NCBI GenBank assembly: GCA_015520605.1 | Contig: WAPT01000020.1 | Span: forward strand, 1-52,167 | DNA from: Nanobdellati archaeon | GTDB lineage: Archaea > EX4484-52 > WAPT01 | Direction of reading: 5' to 3' | Length of the DNA stretch: 52,167 nucleotides | In this document: one piece after another, positions 1 through 9,586 of the stretch | Layout: each line of letters opens with the position of its first letter | Position numbering within the stretch: position 1 is the first letter of the stretch | The notes under the pieces: generated by a model | The model's input: only the letters and a program-made list of their open reading frames with translations | The model's database searches: none | What the model was told of the DNA's origin: nothing | Translations under genes and position numbers: made by a program

Positions 1-54
1 AACATACTTAAACTCCAGCAAAAGCTTCTTGGGTTTGACGAGATCCAGCTTGTT

Positions 55-549
55 CTAATCCTCCGGAAATATCAGACCGCTCTTTTTAAGCACCTCATCG
101 GAGTAAGCTTCAACGTAGTCCGTTACATCCGGTACGACCCACTTCGTCCTGATTCCGTAGATTTTGCCCAGCCTCGTTCCATCATCATGATAGAAAAACG
201 GCTCCTTCCAGCTTTCTATTTCACGCACGGGAATGGGTCGTCCCGATTTATCGAGAGGAACATTATAACCCTCCTCGAATTTGCAGGCAGGGAAGTACGG
301 GTATCCGAATTCCTGAGCCGGATTTGGGTAACCGGTAACCCCACCGGAAGCTATTTCCTCCGGAGTTGCCTCCGGTGTTGGGGTTGTGGCCGGTGGTGCG
401 GATGGCGGATGCTGCTGAACCTTCTGCTGAGATGGCATGATGCAACCACCAAGGAGTACAGCACCGGCGGCAGCTGCCAATCCCTGAAGAAAACCTCTGC
501 GTGTGGTTTTGGACTTCCTAACAAGCCGATATATTTCCTCCCCCAACAT
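55..549 (-). CDS. Tat-exported lipoprotein, hypothetical (possibly truncated by an in-frame TAG)
   Basis: Twin-arginine motif TRRGFL, hydrophobic stretch, lipobox LLGGC, then a Pro/Thr-rich linker. The frame stays open past the TAG to the window edge. Confidence 0.75.
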   Translation of the reverse strand: MLGEEIYRLVRKSKTTRRGFLQGLAAAAGAVLLGGCIMPSQQKVQQHPPSAPPATTPTPEATPEEIASGGVTGYPNPAQEFGYPYFPACKFEEGYNVPLDKSGRPIPVREIESWKEPFFYHDDGTRLGKIYGIRTKWVVPDVTDYVEAYSDEVLKKSGLIFPED

Positions 550-700
550 CCGAGTATCACCATTGATGAGTTATACAAAAAATTTAAAATGCTTTTTCAC
601 CACGCAGTAATGAGAATTCGACTATCGTCGAAAAGATTTATGAAGTCGTGTCAGGACGCACAAAATCGCAAAGAAGTAAAAAGGAAAGAACAAAAATTCA

Positions 701-1528
701 TTATCCCGCTATGAAGTATTTCAGCGCTTCCGCTATGTTGCTCACTTCCACCACTTTGATCCCGAGCTTCTTCTGGAGGTCTATTTTCTCCGGCACGTAC
801 TCCGTCTCGCAGTAAGTGACAAAGCCGAACTTCTCGCAGTCCCGTCTCGGCTTGTACTGTACCAGAGTTGACTGTCCAAGCGGAACGAGGAATATCTTTA
901 TTCCGTGTTTTGCTGCTGCCTCGCCCTTTTCAAGCACCGCTCCCACAGGACCGATCGTGCCGTCGGAGTTTATCGTTCCAGTAATTGTGACATCCTTTCT
1001 GAGCGTCTTGTTCTCGAGCACCGCTATGGTTGCTATCGTCAGCGCAGCCCCGGCTGAAGTCCCCTCGATCACCGTTGCGTTGGCCTCAATAGTATAGATC
1101 AGGTCAACATTGTCGAGGCTCCTGTTGAGATACCTTTCCGCTACCCTCCTCGCCATCCTCACGCTGTTCTGCGTGTCCGTCCAGAAAAGTATGTTGTCTA
1201 TGTTCACAAGGCTTCTCCCGCTTCCCGGACGCGCCTCAACTATAAGCTTTGCCATCACACCGTTCCCGTTGCTGTCAACTGCTGGAATCAGCATCTCCAC
1301 TCTGCGGGTGCCGTTGAGGACGATTTCGTGCTGTTGCCGGACAGCCGGCACTGCGGTGTGGTGATGCCCTATGGTTATCGTGCCTGTGGATTTGTTCACT
1401 GAAATCTCCATCGTGGACGCTTTCAGCAGGTAGAAGAACATCCCGCTCTGGAATATCAGCGCAACCACAACCAGAATGAGAAGCGCTTTAACCAGTGCGT
1501 CCCCGCCTTCCCTCCTTCCGCTGGGCAT
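701..1528 (-). CDS. Membrane-anchored Lon-type (peptidase S16) protease domain protein without AAA+ module
   Basis: N-terminal TM helix; EGTSAG catalytic Ser motif; TGTINSDGTIGPVGAVLEK carrying the Lys of the Ser-Lys dyad. Confidence 0.85.
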   Translation of the reverse strand: MPSGRREGGDALVKALLILVVVALIFQSGMFFYLLKASTMEISVNKSTGTITIGHHHTAVPAVRQQHEIVLNGTRRVEMLIPAVDSNGNGVMAKLIVEARPGSGRSLVNIDNILFWTDTQNSVRMARRVAERYLNRSLDNVDLIYTIEANATVIEGTSAGAALTIATIAVLENKTLRKDVTITGTINSDGTIGPVGAVLEKGEAAAKHGIKIFLVPLGQSTLVQYKPRRDCEKFGFVTYCETEYVPEKIDLQKKLGIKVVEVSNIAEALKYFIAG

Positions 1529-1553
1529 GGATTTCTCCGTGCATCAAAACTTT

Positions 1554-1572
1554 AAATCACTTTCTGTGATTT
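1554..1572. promoter_or_regulatory. Palindromic operator-like site AAATCAC-N5-GTGATTT overlapping a TTTAAA TATA box between divergent genes
   Basis: Perfect 7-bp inverted repeat with a 5-nt spacer; resembles the TATCAC-N5-GTGATA motif bound by TrmBL1/Tgr-type regulators. Confidence 0.4.
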
Positions 1573-1626
1573 CGACAAATGCCAACCTGATATTTACTTA
1601 AATTTTTCGTCCCTAAAGGGGAGTCC

Positions 1627-1836
1627 ATGCACCACAAGGGAAATTTTGTTTACATTCCCGGAAATCATCCCGAAACGCAAATATTGGTACCGAGAGATGA
1701 ATTTGAGCAGGAGCTTAAAAAGCGGGGCAGCAGAGCAGAAGCCATTAAGTATTTCCAGGAAGAGCACCCCGCAGGTAAAGCGGAGCTTGAGTATTTCAGG
1801 AGATGGTTCGAAACTTATCGACCCAAGAGGGAATAA
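1627..1836 (+). CDS. Small hypothetical protein (69 aa)
   Basis: GGGGAG SD before the ATG, AT-rich promoter upstream, protein-like charged composition, fills the gap between neighbouring genes. Confidence 0.6.
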   Translation: MHHKGNFVYIPGNHPETQILVPRDEFEQELKKRGSRAEAIKYFQEEHPAGKAELEYFRRWFETYRPKRE

Positions 1837-1867
1837 AGTCGTTAAGGTCAGAGAATTCATAAAAACA

Positions 1868-4800
1868 TCAGGTTCCAGCCACACCGCTCCTTGTGGAAAC
1901 GTTCCTTATCTCCTCATAGAATTCACGCAGCGCCTCCATGTAGTCCTTCCTGCCCTCCTCAATCTCATCCATCACTCTTTCCACCATCCGCGTCCTCTCC
2001 TCAGACACAAACTCCTCGAAGTTCTCCCGTAAAAACCTCTCAACAATCATACCTCTCTTTGTAGGAATAAGCCTGGATTTCTTCTCAAACACATACCTCC
2101 TGATAAAAAGTTTGTTTATTATTGTTGAATAAGTCGACGGTCTTCCTATTCTTCTCTCCTTCATCAGCCCGACGATATCGGCCTGTGTGTAGAGCGGAAC
2201 CCTGCTTCTCCTGACATAGGTAAGAACAGCATGATGTACTCCGGTAAGCAGCTCTTTTTCTATCTGTACCGCATAAGGGTAAATATTGAAAGCTCTGCCC
2301 TCAGCACTCACAACCCTTTCAACCTCCATAGCAAGTGGAGGACCATCGACCCTGATCAAGTACTTTACCTTTTCCACCCTGAATGAGGGAGCCTGACTTG
2401 CCATAAACCTCCTGAAAATGAGATCATAAACTCTCAGATGCCTCCAGGTTATCGGCTCCGTGGTCTGAATTACCCCCTGATAGATTAAATCGCGGAGTGT
2501 CTGCGCATCAACGGGTCGAGTGGGCCTTATACACTCGTGCGCTCCCTCTCCCTCCTTGCTTATGTCCCACGTCCTCGGAGTAAAGTCCTCCTTCAGGTAC
2601 AGCTTTGCCACCTGCAGACCTTTATCCGAAACTCTCGTGCTATCCGTTCTGTGATAGGTTATGAGACCGTTTTCGAAGAGCTGCTGGAGGATCTGCATGG
2701 CTTCTCTTGTCCCTATTTTCAGAAAGCGGTTTATATCTCTCAGCACGGTATCGGTTGAGTAGGGAGGCAAAGGGTTTCTTTCCTCCATCACTCTCTCAAT
2801 CTCCGCTATCTCGGCCCTGCACTCCTTGGACTTGTCCTTAAGGCTGATCTTCAGCTCATCTTCACTTCCTATTTGGATCGTGAGCTCTCCAATCCGGAGC
2901 AGATAATGCTTGATCTTCTGCCTGTGCTCTTCATACCTCTCAATTATCCATCTAAGCACCGGGGTTTGGGCTCTGCCCGCGGAGAGATTCCTGTCATTGA
3001 ATTTATTTTGTAAGATGGATGATAACTCAAAGCCTATCCACCTGTCCTCTACCCTCCTCACTATCTGAGCTTTGACCCTGTTAAGATCAATATCTCTCAG
3101 CTCCTGCAGAGCTTTAAGCACCGCGTTTCTCGTCACTTCATGGAACTCAGCTCTCTTAACCTTTGCTCCTATCCCTCCGAAGTTGGCAACGTCCCACGCT
3201 ATCTTTTCCCCCTCGGTATCGGGGTCTGTGGCAATTATCACCATGCCTGCCATCTCCGCCATCTGCGCTATATTGAATACCCTGGCTTTCGAGTCATCAT
3301 CAGCTTTCTTACCGCACCTCGGGCATACATCACCCTCTATCCACTGCACCACATCATCCCTGCACTTCTTTATTGAGCCATAAACTGGAACGAAGGTGCC
3401 GTCCTCTTTGACCATAACCCCGTGATAGTAATCGTTCTCCACCAAATCCACAACGTGTCCGAGTGAGGCGGTAACTATCAGCACGAAGTTGCCGGTGGTG
3501 ACCTCGTAGAATGGGTGGTTGTTCCTGAGAATGGTTGCCGGCTTTCCAAAAAACCTTGCTATCTGCTTTGCCTTCGTCGGGCTCTCAACAACAAAAAGAG
3601 CTGGCACTATGACATCCGTCTCGGCGTGCTCAACCATCTTCCTATAATGGGCTCTGCTCTCCTCCACCTCTCTCTTTAGCCTCTCAAGCTCGAGCTCGTT
3701 AAGCGACCCTAACACTTCCAGCTCGACATCATAGTAAGACGCTCTCGTCCTGAACGCATTAATAACGTCTTCCTCATCAAAAATTACGCTCAACCCCTTT
3801 GTTATTCCTCCCGCGTAAAGCCTTGAAGTTCTTCCGCTTGCCTGAATATAGGTGGAAATATCGGGAATGATTATGTGGTCTTCCCTAACGACCACATCCT
3901 CGGAGCACTTGGAGAATTCGCGCTTTTCAAAAATCTCCTTCAGAATGTTCCTCGCTTCCTCCATCTTTTTTTTATCGCGAAGGATGTACGGAATGAGCTC
4001 GCTGAGCCTTTCATCCTGTTTGAAAATGGAAGCCAGCATGAGGATGAAACGGGGTGTGGCTTCCTCAATTTCTTTTATACCCACTCTGAACTGTGGCGCT
4101 CTGAAAAAGAGAGCATACCTCACATGGTAAGGATAGTCAATCCCTCTGACGAGCAGACCGTACGGTGATGCCACACCCACCAGCACATCCAGTTCCTGGT
4201 TGAGAAAGCTGTTCAGCCTCGCTTCAGCCTCCTTTTTGCTTACCTCGGAAGTTACCACAGCACATCTGACTCCGTTCTCGCTGAGAAAGCTCTCAACATC
4301 TCTTGCCTCATCTTCAGTTTTCGTGAATACAAGCCCCCCGTATCCCATTCTTTTTATTATCTCAAGCATCGCTCTCTTTCTTTCCTCCTCCTTCTTCACA
4401 GCTATGGCATAGTCCTCAACATTTCTTATTGTCTGTCTACTCACTCCCACCGAAAAGTTGAGAAGCCTCATGAACAGCATTGCCTTTTTTCCGGGTTTGG
4501 CTGTTGCGGTGGAAACAACCATCTGTCCGTGTCTCTTTTTCGGGTTTGGTTCTCCCTTCCGTATTTCCTGCTCATCAAAACCGAGAAGAACGAGAAGCCT
4601 TTCCACGTTCCTTGAGGCTTTAAGCACCGCATCAACATCGTCCACGAAGATGAAACCAAAGCGTAGATGTTTCATATTCTCGAAGTGTTTGGGCAGAAAT
4701 GCGGCACTTGTGAGCAGTATGTCGAACTCACCGTTCTTCAGCTTTTCCATGAACTCCTCCTTTTCGGCTTTCTTCATATCCGGCAGGTACGCAAGTACCC

Positions 4801-5212
4801 TCACATTGGCTTTTGTTATCTCCTTCAGCTTCTCGTAGCTCTGTCTGAGAAGAAGGGTTGTGGGCACAACGATGTAAGCCTTCTTTTTCTCCACCTCCGT
4901 AAGGTAGGAAGCATAACTCAGTCCAAAAAGTGTTTTTCCGATACCTGTAGGGGCCACAGCGGCAAAGCTCATTCCCGCAAAGAGTTTCTTTGCCCAGTAG
5001 CGCTGAATGGCTTTTAGCTTCTTGCCCGTTCTCTCGCCAAAATATCTCTCAAACTTCTCGCATCCCTTTATCCGTATCGCTTCAACGAGCCTGACGTTTT
5101 TCTTTGCACACACGCCCGAGGCAAGCTCCCCGGTTGTAAGGGTGCCTCCACACACGGGACAGAGATTCTTGTATGCCACCGGCGGGTTTTTTTGCTGAGA
5201 AGCGTTTTGCAT
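1868..5212 (-). CDS. rgy: Reverse gyrase
   Basis: N-terminal CPVCGG Zn finger; SF2 helicase motifs APTGIGKT, DDVD, QASGRTSR; topoisomerase IA motifs VESPTKA, ATDPDTEGE, ITYHRTDS. Start moved to ATG 5212. Confidence 0.98.
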   Translation of the reverse strand: MQNASQQKNPPVAYKNLCPVCGGTLTTGELASGVCAKKNVRLVEAIRIKGCEKFERYFGERTGKKLKAIQRYWAKKLFAGMSFAAVAPTGIGKTLFGLSYASYLTEVEKKKAYIVVPTTLLLRQSYEKLKEITKANVRVLAYLPDMKKAEKEEFMEKLKNGEFDILLTSAAFLPKHFENMKHLRFGFIFVDDVDAVLKASRNVERLLVLLGFDEQEIRKGEPNPKKRHGQMVVSTATAKPGKKAMLFMRLLNFSVGVSRQTIRNVEDYAIAVKKEEERKRAMLEIIKRMGYGGLVFTKTEDEARDVESFLSENGVRCAVVTSEVSKKEAEARLNSFLNQELDVLVGVASPYGLLVRGIDYPYHVRYALFFRAPQFRVGIKEIEEATPRFILMLASIFKQDERLSELIPYILRDKKKMEEARNILKEIFEKREFSKCSEDVVVREDHIIIPDISTYIQASGRTSRLYAGGITKGLSVIFDEEDVINAFRTRASYYDVELEVLGSLNELELERLKREVEESRAHYRKMVEHAETDVIVPALFVVESPTKAKQIARFFGKPATILRNNHPFYEVTTGNFVLIVTASLGHVVDLVENDYYHGVMVKEDGTFVPVYGSIKKCRDDVVQWIEGDVCPRCGKKADDDSKARVFNIAQMAEMAGMVIIATDPDTEGEKIAWDVANFGGIGAKVKRAEFHEVTRNAVLKALQELRDIDLNRVKAQIVRRVEDRWIGFELSSILQNKFNDRNLSAGRAQTPVLRWIIERYEEHRQKIKHYLLRIGELTIQIGSEDELKISLKDKSKECRAEIAEIERVMEERNPLPPYSTDTVLRDINRFLKIGTREAMQILQQLFENGLITYHRTDSTRVSDKGLQVAKLYLKEDFTPRTWDISKEGEGAHECIRPTRPVDAQTLRDLIYQGVIQTTEPITWRHLRVYDLIFRRFMASQAPSFRVEKVKYLIRVDGPPLAMEVERVVSAEGRAFNIYPYAVQIEKELLTGVHHAVLTYVRRSRVPLYTQADIVGLMKERRIGRPSTYSTIINKLFIRRYVFEKKSRLIPTKRGMIVERFLRENFEEFVSEERTRMVERVMDEIEEGRKDYMEALREFYEEIRNVSTRSGVAGT

Positions 5213-5484
5213 GATGAAGAAGTGTAAAAACGAAAAATATAAATGTGTGGCACAGACCACCGTGTGATCTGGAAACAGTATGTCCTGCGGGCACATCACA
5301 TTCAGTTTTACATCACCGCAAAAATCCTAGGTAGGCTTGCGTGACTTCTTATAACCGACTATCGGTGAATCTATGCCCGAAGTGCCGAACTATTAAGATA
5401 TCGGCAAACCGCAAAGCATATATACAGGTTAGGGACTCTATTCTTTTCACTGACTATTGATAACTTCAAAAGGTGCGGCGAAAA

Positions 5485-5952
5485 ATGAATAAAATGTCCG
5501 TTCACAACACAAGTGCTGCTGATGAGAGAGCACAGAGGGAATGTGTTGCGCTATTCGTCATCATCCTCAAGAGACAGCTTGATCTCAAAACCGCGCGCCT
5601 GAAGCTGGAAGGTGCGGCGCTCAGATGTAAAAGGAATGGGTGGAAACTGAGAATACTGGTAATAAGAGATGAGCTTGAGGACTGCCCGGGATTCATGGAA
5701 TTCAAGATGGAAAAAATTGCCAGATGGCTCGGCTGGATTTATGGAATAAAGGTGGAAATTACCGAAGATTCCTCAGCCGTTCCTTTGCTCAGGGCCGCAA
5801 GAGTGATCAGAACGGGAAACTACGCTGCTGTGTTCTGCATGTCACCACGAAGCAGAATCGCAAGTCTCCTTCCAAGACAGCTCAGGGCGGAGATAACAAC
5901 CCTGTTAAACTGCGAGTGCGGGAAGGAAAAGCTGGAGATCCTGCAAGTTTAA
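5485..5952 (+). CDS. Hypothetical protein
   Basis: Long ORF divergent from rgy with a TATA-like ATATATA at ~5418; no family recognised. Confidence 0.65.
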   Translation: MNKMSVHNTSAADERAQRECVALFVIILKRQLDLKTARLKLEGAALRCKRNGWKLRILVIRDELEDCPGFMEFKMEKIARWLGWIYGIKVEITEDSSAVPLLRAARVIRTGNYAAVFCMSPRSRIASLLPRQLRAEITTLLNCECGKEKLEILQV

Positions 5953-5973
5953 AATATCCACGGTAAAGTTTCA

Positions 5974-6780
5974 TCAACCCATCAAAAGTGCCGCAACTTT
6001 TTCTCCGAAGTGCGAAAAGAGAAACAAGTTGAACGGGATTGATGTGGAGGCAAAGGTCAGGGAATGTATGCTCAACCCCCTCATAAACCCGAAAATGATG
6101 ATATTGTGAAGCGTGTAAAAGAGAGTCACCACCACGCCAATATCCCATAGCGCCGTGCTTCCCCTAAGAATACCGGTTATCACAGCACACCAGAGATAGC
6201 CAAGCACAGGCACCACTATGTTCTCCACGGCTTCAGTGTGCCTCAAATAAGAACCTATAACTGAAGCTATCGCACCGGCAACGAACCCCACGATAGGATT
6301 TACGATATAACTGACCACGGTTGTTAGAAATAGGCACAGGTCAAGCCCGACCACCACGGGTATCGGTTCCTGTATCAGTTTTGAAAGTGCCGCGATGCCG
6401 GTGAGGGTTATTATGAACAGCGCCGCCTTCCCCTGCGGAAAAACGACCATTAAAAAGATCAGCATCATTATTAGTATCGGATTTGCGTTTCTGATCGAGT
6501 TCCTCCCGAGCTTTGGGATTTTAATGGCGGGTATCAGGTGTCTTTTTCCCCTTCTCAATTCATGTGTAAATACTGCGGACACGCATTCCTTTCCGTCCTT
6601 TTTCTCCGGTCGGTGATAGTCTGTGTGGTTTTCCGCGCGGATCTCTCCAGCAGGCTCAGGGAGGGCTCCAGAACGGCGGTGAGTCTCTATTGCCTTCCCC
6701 GTGTCCTCCATTCCCTCCTCCCTATTTTTTTTCCTTGTCCCGGCAATTTTTCGCAGTATCTTGATGAGCATGGCTTTCAC
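5974..6780 (-). CDS. Multi-pass membrane protein; C-terminal part resembles ECF S-component architecture
   Basis: Hydrophilic N-terminus followed by ~6 hydrophobic helices, including NPIVGFVAGAIASVIG. Confidence 0.65.
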   Translation of the reverse strand: MKAMLIKILRKIAGTRKKNREEGMEDTGKAIETHRRSGALPEPAGEIRAENHTDYHRPEKKDGKECVSAVFTHELRRGKRHLIPAIKIPKLGRNSIRNANPILIMMLIFLMVVFPQGKAALFIITLTGIAALSKLIQEPIPVVVGLDLCLFLTTVVSYIVNPIVGFVAGAIASVIGSYLRHTEAVENIVVPVLGYLWCAVITGILRGSTALWDIGVVVTLFYTLHNIIIFGFMRGLSIHSLTFASTSIPFNLFLFSHFGEKVAALLMG

Positions 6781-6803
6781 ACAAAACCTTTATGAGGTTC
6801 TTG

Positions 6804-7175
6804 TTATTCGTTCTCCTCCCTACTCACCACCGAGTCTATCCATTCCAGGTATTTCACGCTACCTCCTATAACAGGCAGAACTATGAACTCAGGGGTCTCA
6901 TAGGTGTGAAGTGCGAGGACCTCCCGCCTTATCTCGTCAACTTTTTCCGCCCTGCTCTTGATGATCATCAAGAATTCTCTTGCTTTTTCCACCTCTCCTT
7001 CCCACCAGAAGTAACTGGTGCATAAAGGCAGAACGGAAATGCATGCAGCAAGTCTTTTTTCCAACAAGGAGTCTTTAATCCGGAGTGCGACCTCCTCACT
7101 GTCGGTGGTCGTGATGCATACAACATATCCTTCCATCTCTTCATTCAGGTTTTTGAAGCTGGTCATACATATCAT
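6804..7175 (-). CDS. cutA: Divalent-cation tolerance protein CutA
   Basis: LLEKRLAACI, SYFWWEGEVE, LHTYETPEFI and YLEWI motifs. Confidence 0.95.
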   Translation of the reverse strand: MICMTSFKNLNEEMEGYVVCITTTDSEEVALRIKDSLLEKRLAACISVLPLCTSYFWWEGEVEKAREFLMIIKSRAEKVDEIRREVLALHTYETPEFIVLPVIGGSVKYLEWIDSVVSREENE

Positions 7176-7374
7176 CCCTAAGATAAAGGTACTTATTAAA
7201 AATTTAAAATAAATTTCAAAATGATGAGGATCTTTGATTGAATCCTTACAAACTCATTAATATTTTTTAAATTTTTCCCTTAAAAAACTAATGACAGTTG
7301 GGAGTTTTTTGTGACCAAAAGGGCAGGTTTTCCGAAATAAGCCGACAAAATATGTTCCGGAGGTGAAATAGAGT

Positions 7375-7578
7375 ATGGGAGAACTTTCAATTGCGGCTAT
7401 GGAGAGGATTCTGAAAAAAGCTGGAGCAGAGAGAGTTTCCAAAAGGGCTGCAGAGTACTTAGCTGAGGTGCTGGAGGACATAGCAATGGATATCGCAAAG
7501 GAGGCAATAACCTTGGCAGCACATGCTAAGAGAAAGACCGTTAGAGTTGAAGATATAAAACTCGCGGTAAAGGGCTGA
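7375..7578 (+). CDS. Archaeal histone (HMf/HTk family)
   Basis: [21 protein letters not shown]...[15 protein letters not shown]; GGAGGTGA SD. Confidence 0.97.
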   Translation: MGELSIAAMERILKKAGAERVSKRAAEYLAEVLEDIAMDIAKEAITLAAHAKRKTVRVEDIKLAVKG

Positions 7579-7590
7579 GTATCTGATCAG

Positions 7591-7628
7591 TTCTCTTTCA
7601 TTTTTTATTCATTTCTTTCTTTTTGTTT
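7591..7628 (+). terminator. Oligo-T archaeal terminator after the histone gene
   Basis: Several T4-T7 runs directly after the stop codon. Confidence 0.6.
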
Positions 7629-7662
7629 GCGCAGAACACATCTCTTTGTCAATGCTTTTTCT

Positions 7663-7971
7663 TCACCATCCCCACGACAGGCTGAGGCAGTAAAGCCCCT
7701 TCAACAGGAAAAGAACTCCCCCGGTCCACACAAAGGAACTCTCTGGGACAAAAATTGAGATGAAAAAAGCAATCGCCGCTATCAAATCTATCAAACCGAG
7801 TAAAACCGCAAGCGGCTCGAAATGACCGTGGGAAATCCCGGAAAGGAGGGATAAAAATGACTTCGTACCGATGAACAGCGCAAAAAACAGCTTTACGGGA
7901 GTGATATGTACTTTTAGCAAAAGCACCAGTCCTCCGAGAACGTCCATGAAGCTCAGAAAGGTGAGAATCAT
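7663..7971 (-). CDS. Small 4-TM membrane protein with an internal duplication
   Basis: Two similar halves: LSFMDVLGG...GTKS and LGLIDLIAA...LLKG. Confidence 0.75.
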   Translation of the reverse strand: MILTFLSFMDVLGGLVLLLKVHITPVKLFFALFIGTKSFLSLLSGISHGHFEPLAVLLGLIDLIAAIAFFISIFVPESSFVWTGGVLFLLKGLYCLSLSWGW

Positions 7972-7992
7972 GAAAAGGGCATATGTGTGTGA

Positions 7993-8412
7993 AGTTTAAA
8001 AATCAAAGCCAAAATAACCTCAGGGATTGAGAGGGTCTGTGGATTATGGTACGCACCCGAAAGCGAGTGTGTCACTTATGCTGTTGTTGTAAAGACCCCA
8101 GACTGGAAGAGGTTCGGATACGTACGGAAAATAAAGGAAGAGGAGCGCGATGACAAATACGGGGACAAATATGGGAGTTACGTGCTTACCGAAAAAATTG
8201 CCCGCGAAATATACCGCACTTTCAGGGGCAACGGTCTAACTAATTATGAAATTTTACTTCAAACAGAGAATCTGCCTCGCAAGATCTATTCCGAAAATAT
8301 AACAAACGCCATCTTTGCTTCGGGATTGGACGAAAAATTGAACGGAATTTTGAAACGGCGCGGAATAAACATCTATTCTGAAAGGGAAAGAAAAAGCGAT
8401 GAAAATTCTTGA
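7993..8412 (+). pseudogene. 5'-truncated hypothetical gene remnant
   Basis: The frame of ORF 8182-8412 is open back to 7993 with protein-like content (GLWYAPESECVTYAVVVKTPDWKRFGY...) but no ATG. Confidence 0.45.
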
Positions 8413-8767
8413 TGCTTCTGAGTACATCCTCCATATGGAAAAGCTTGGAGAACCCTTTCGATTTGTGGCCGGAAGAGTATTTGCCAAGGAGAAGGGTTAC
8501 AGACTCATCCCATTATTCTGGGTACAACAAAAACGGGTTCTGAAACCAGCATGATTCAAGGATAAAAACGTTGTGTATCGTTATCCCGCGAAAATATGTA
8601 TGAACACCAGAATTGCTGTTCCGAATTATATATCCGAGAATATAAAAATATATAAACAACTTCATACCCTGTTGTATGCAGGGACACGAGCACCGTCCGG
8701 GAGAGCAAATGAAGGCTCTCCTTCTCTTCTCCTTCTTCCTTATTCACATGCCAAAAAGGACGGTTGA
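8399..8767 (+). pseudogene. Hypothetical gene interrupted by an in-frame TGA at 8552-8554
   Basis: ATG 8399 overlaps the previous ORF end; MKILDASEY...KPA*FKDKNVVYRYP continues in the same frame. Confidence 0.4.
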
Positions 8768-8828
8768 AACTTCCTCAGTGCGGTGAAGCTACGTACCATT
8801 TATAATTTTTCAAGGAAAATGGTTCCGT

Positions 8829-9476
8829 ATGCCTGTAAGGTTGATCGCAGTCGGTGCGGAGGCTCGCCTTTACCTCAGAGAAAACAGAAAAACCAGAAGA
8901 AAGGTGCTGATAAAGAAAAGGGAGCCCAAGAAGTACAGGGCGAGTAAACTTGACATAATGCTCAGGAGCAGCAGGAACAGGCACGAAATCAGGCTCCTCA
9001 GAAAAGCGGGGGAAGCTGGAGTCGCTGTCCCCCCGGTGCTGAGAGAGGGCAAGTATTTTTTCGAGATGGAGTTCGTTGAGGGTAAAAAACTTCGGGATGT
9101 GTTGAAAAAAGAAAATGCCGTTAGATACGGCGGGGAACTTGGCGGGATGGTAGCCAGATTACACAATGCGGGCATAATCCACGGAGACCTCACCACAAGC
9201 AACGTCATAGTAAGGAGGGAAGATGGTAAGCTTGTGCTCATCGATTTCGGGCTGGGGTTCTTTTCAACGAGCGCCGAAGACATGGCTACAGACGTGCACG
9301 TGCTGGAAGAAACAACACTGGCAACGCATCCGGAAGAAGAGGAAGCGTTTATGAAGGCTTTCCTTTCCGCTTACTTTTCTGGGCTGGAGAATAAAAGGGA
9401 AGAGATTGTGAGAAAAAGGCTTGAGAGCATAAGAAAACGTGGAAGATATGTGAGAAAGGATGTAAGGACGAATTGA
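8829..9476 (+). CDS. bud32: KEOPS complex kinase Bud32 (stand-alone)
   Basis: GAEA, IKKREPKKYR, IIHGDLTTSN and LIDFGL motifs. Confidence 0.95.
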   Translation: MPVRLIAVGAEARLYLRENRKTRRKVLIKKREPKKYRASKLDIMLRSSRNRHEIRLLRKAGEAGVAVPPVLREGKYFFEMEFVEGKKLRDVLKKENAVRYGGELGGMVARLHNAGIIHGDLTTSNVIVRREDGKLVLIDFGLGFFSTSAEDMATDVHVLEETTLATHPEEEEAFMKAFLSAYFSGLENKREEIVRKRLESIRKRGRYVRKDVRTN

Positions 9477-9586
9477 ACTTTCCGTTTTCTCAAAAATACC
9501 AAGCACCACACTTTAGTTTGATGCAATTTTTCACCCCCGCGGTTGTAATATAAAGCTTTATATGATACAACAAAGGAATTTCCTTC

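Noticed and set aside
187-714. 175-aa plus-strand ORF
   Set aside because: Antisense shadow of the Tat lipoprotein, which has clear signal motifs.
5354-5406. Short CCGA/TCGG inverted repeats in the rgy divergent promoter (CGACTATCG also at ~619)
   Set aside because: Arms of only 5-6 bp; could arise by chance.
8552-8554. TGA recoding (Sec/Trp) suggested by in-frame TGAs in remnants
   Set aside because: Many conserved genes (histone, rps15, valS, pan, eif5a) end properly at TGA.
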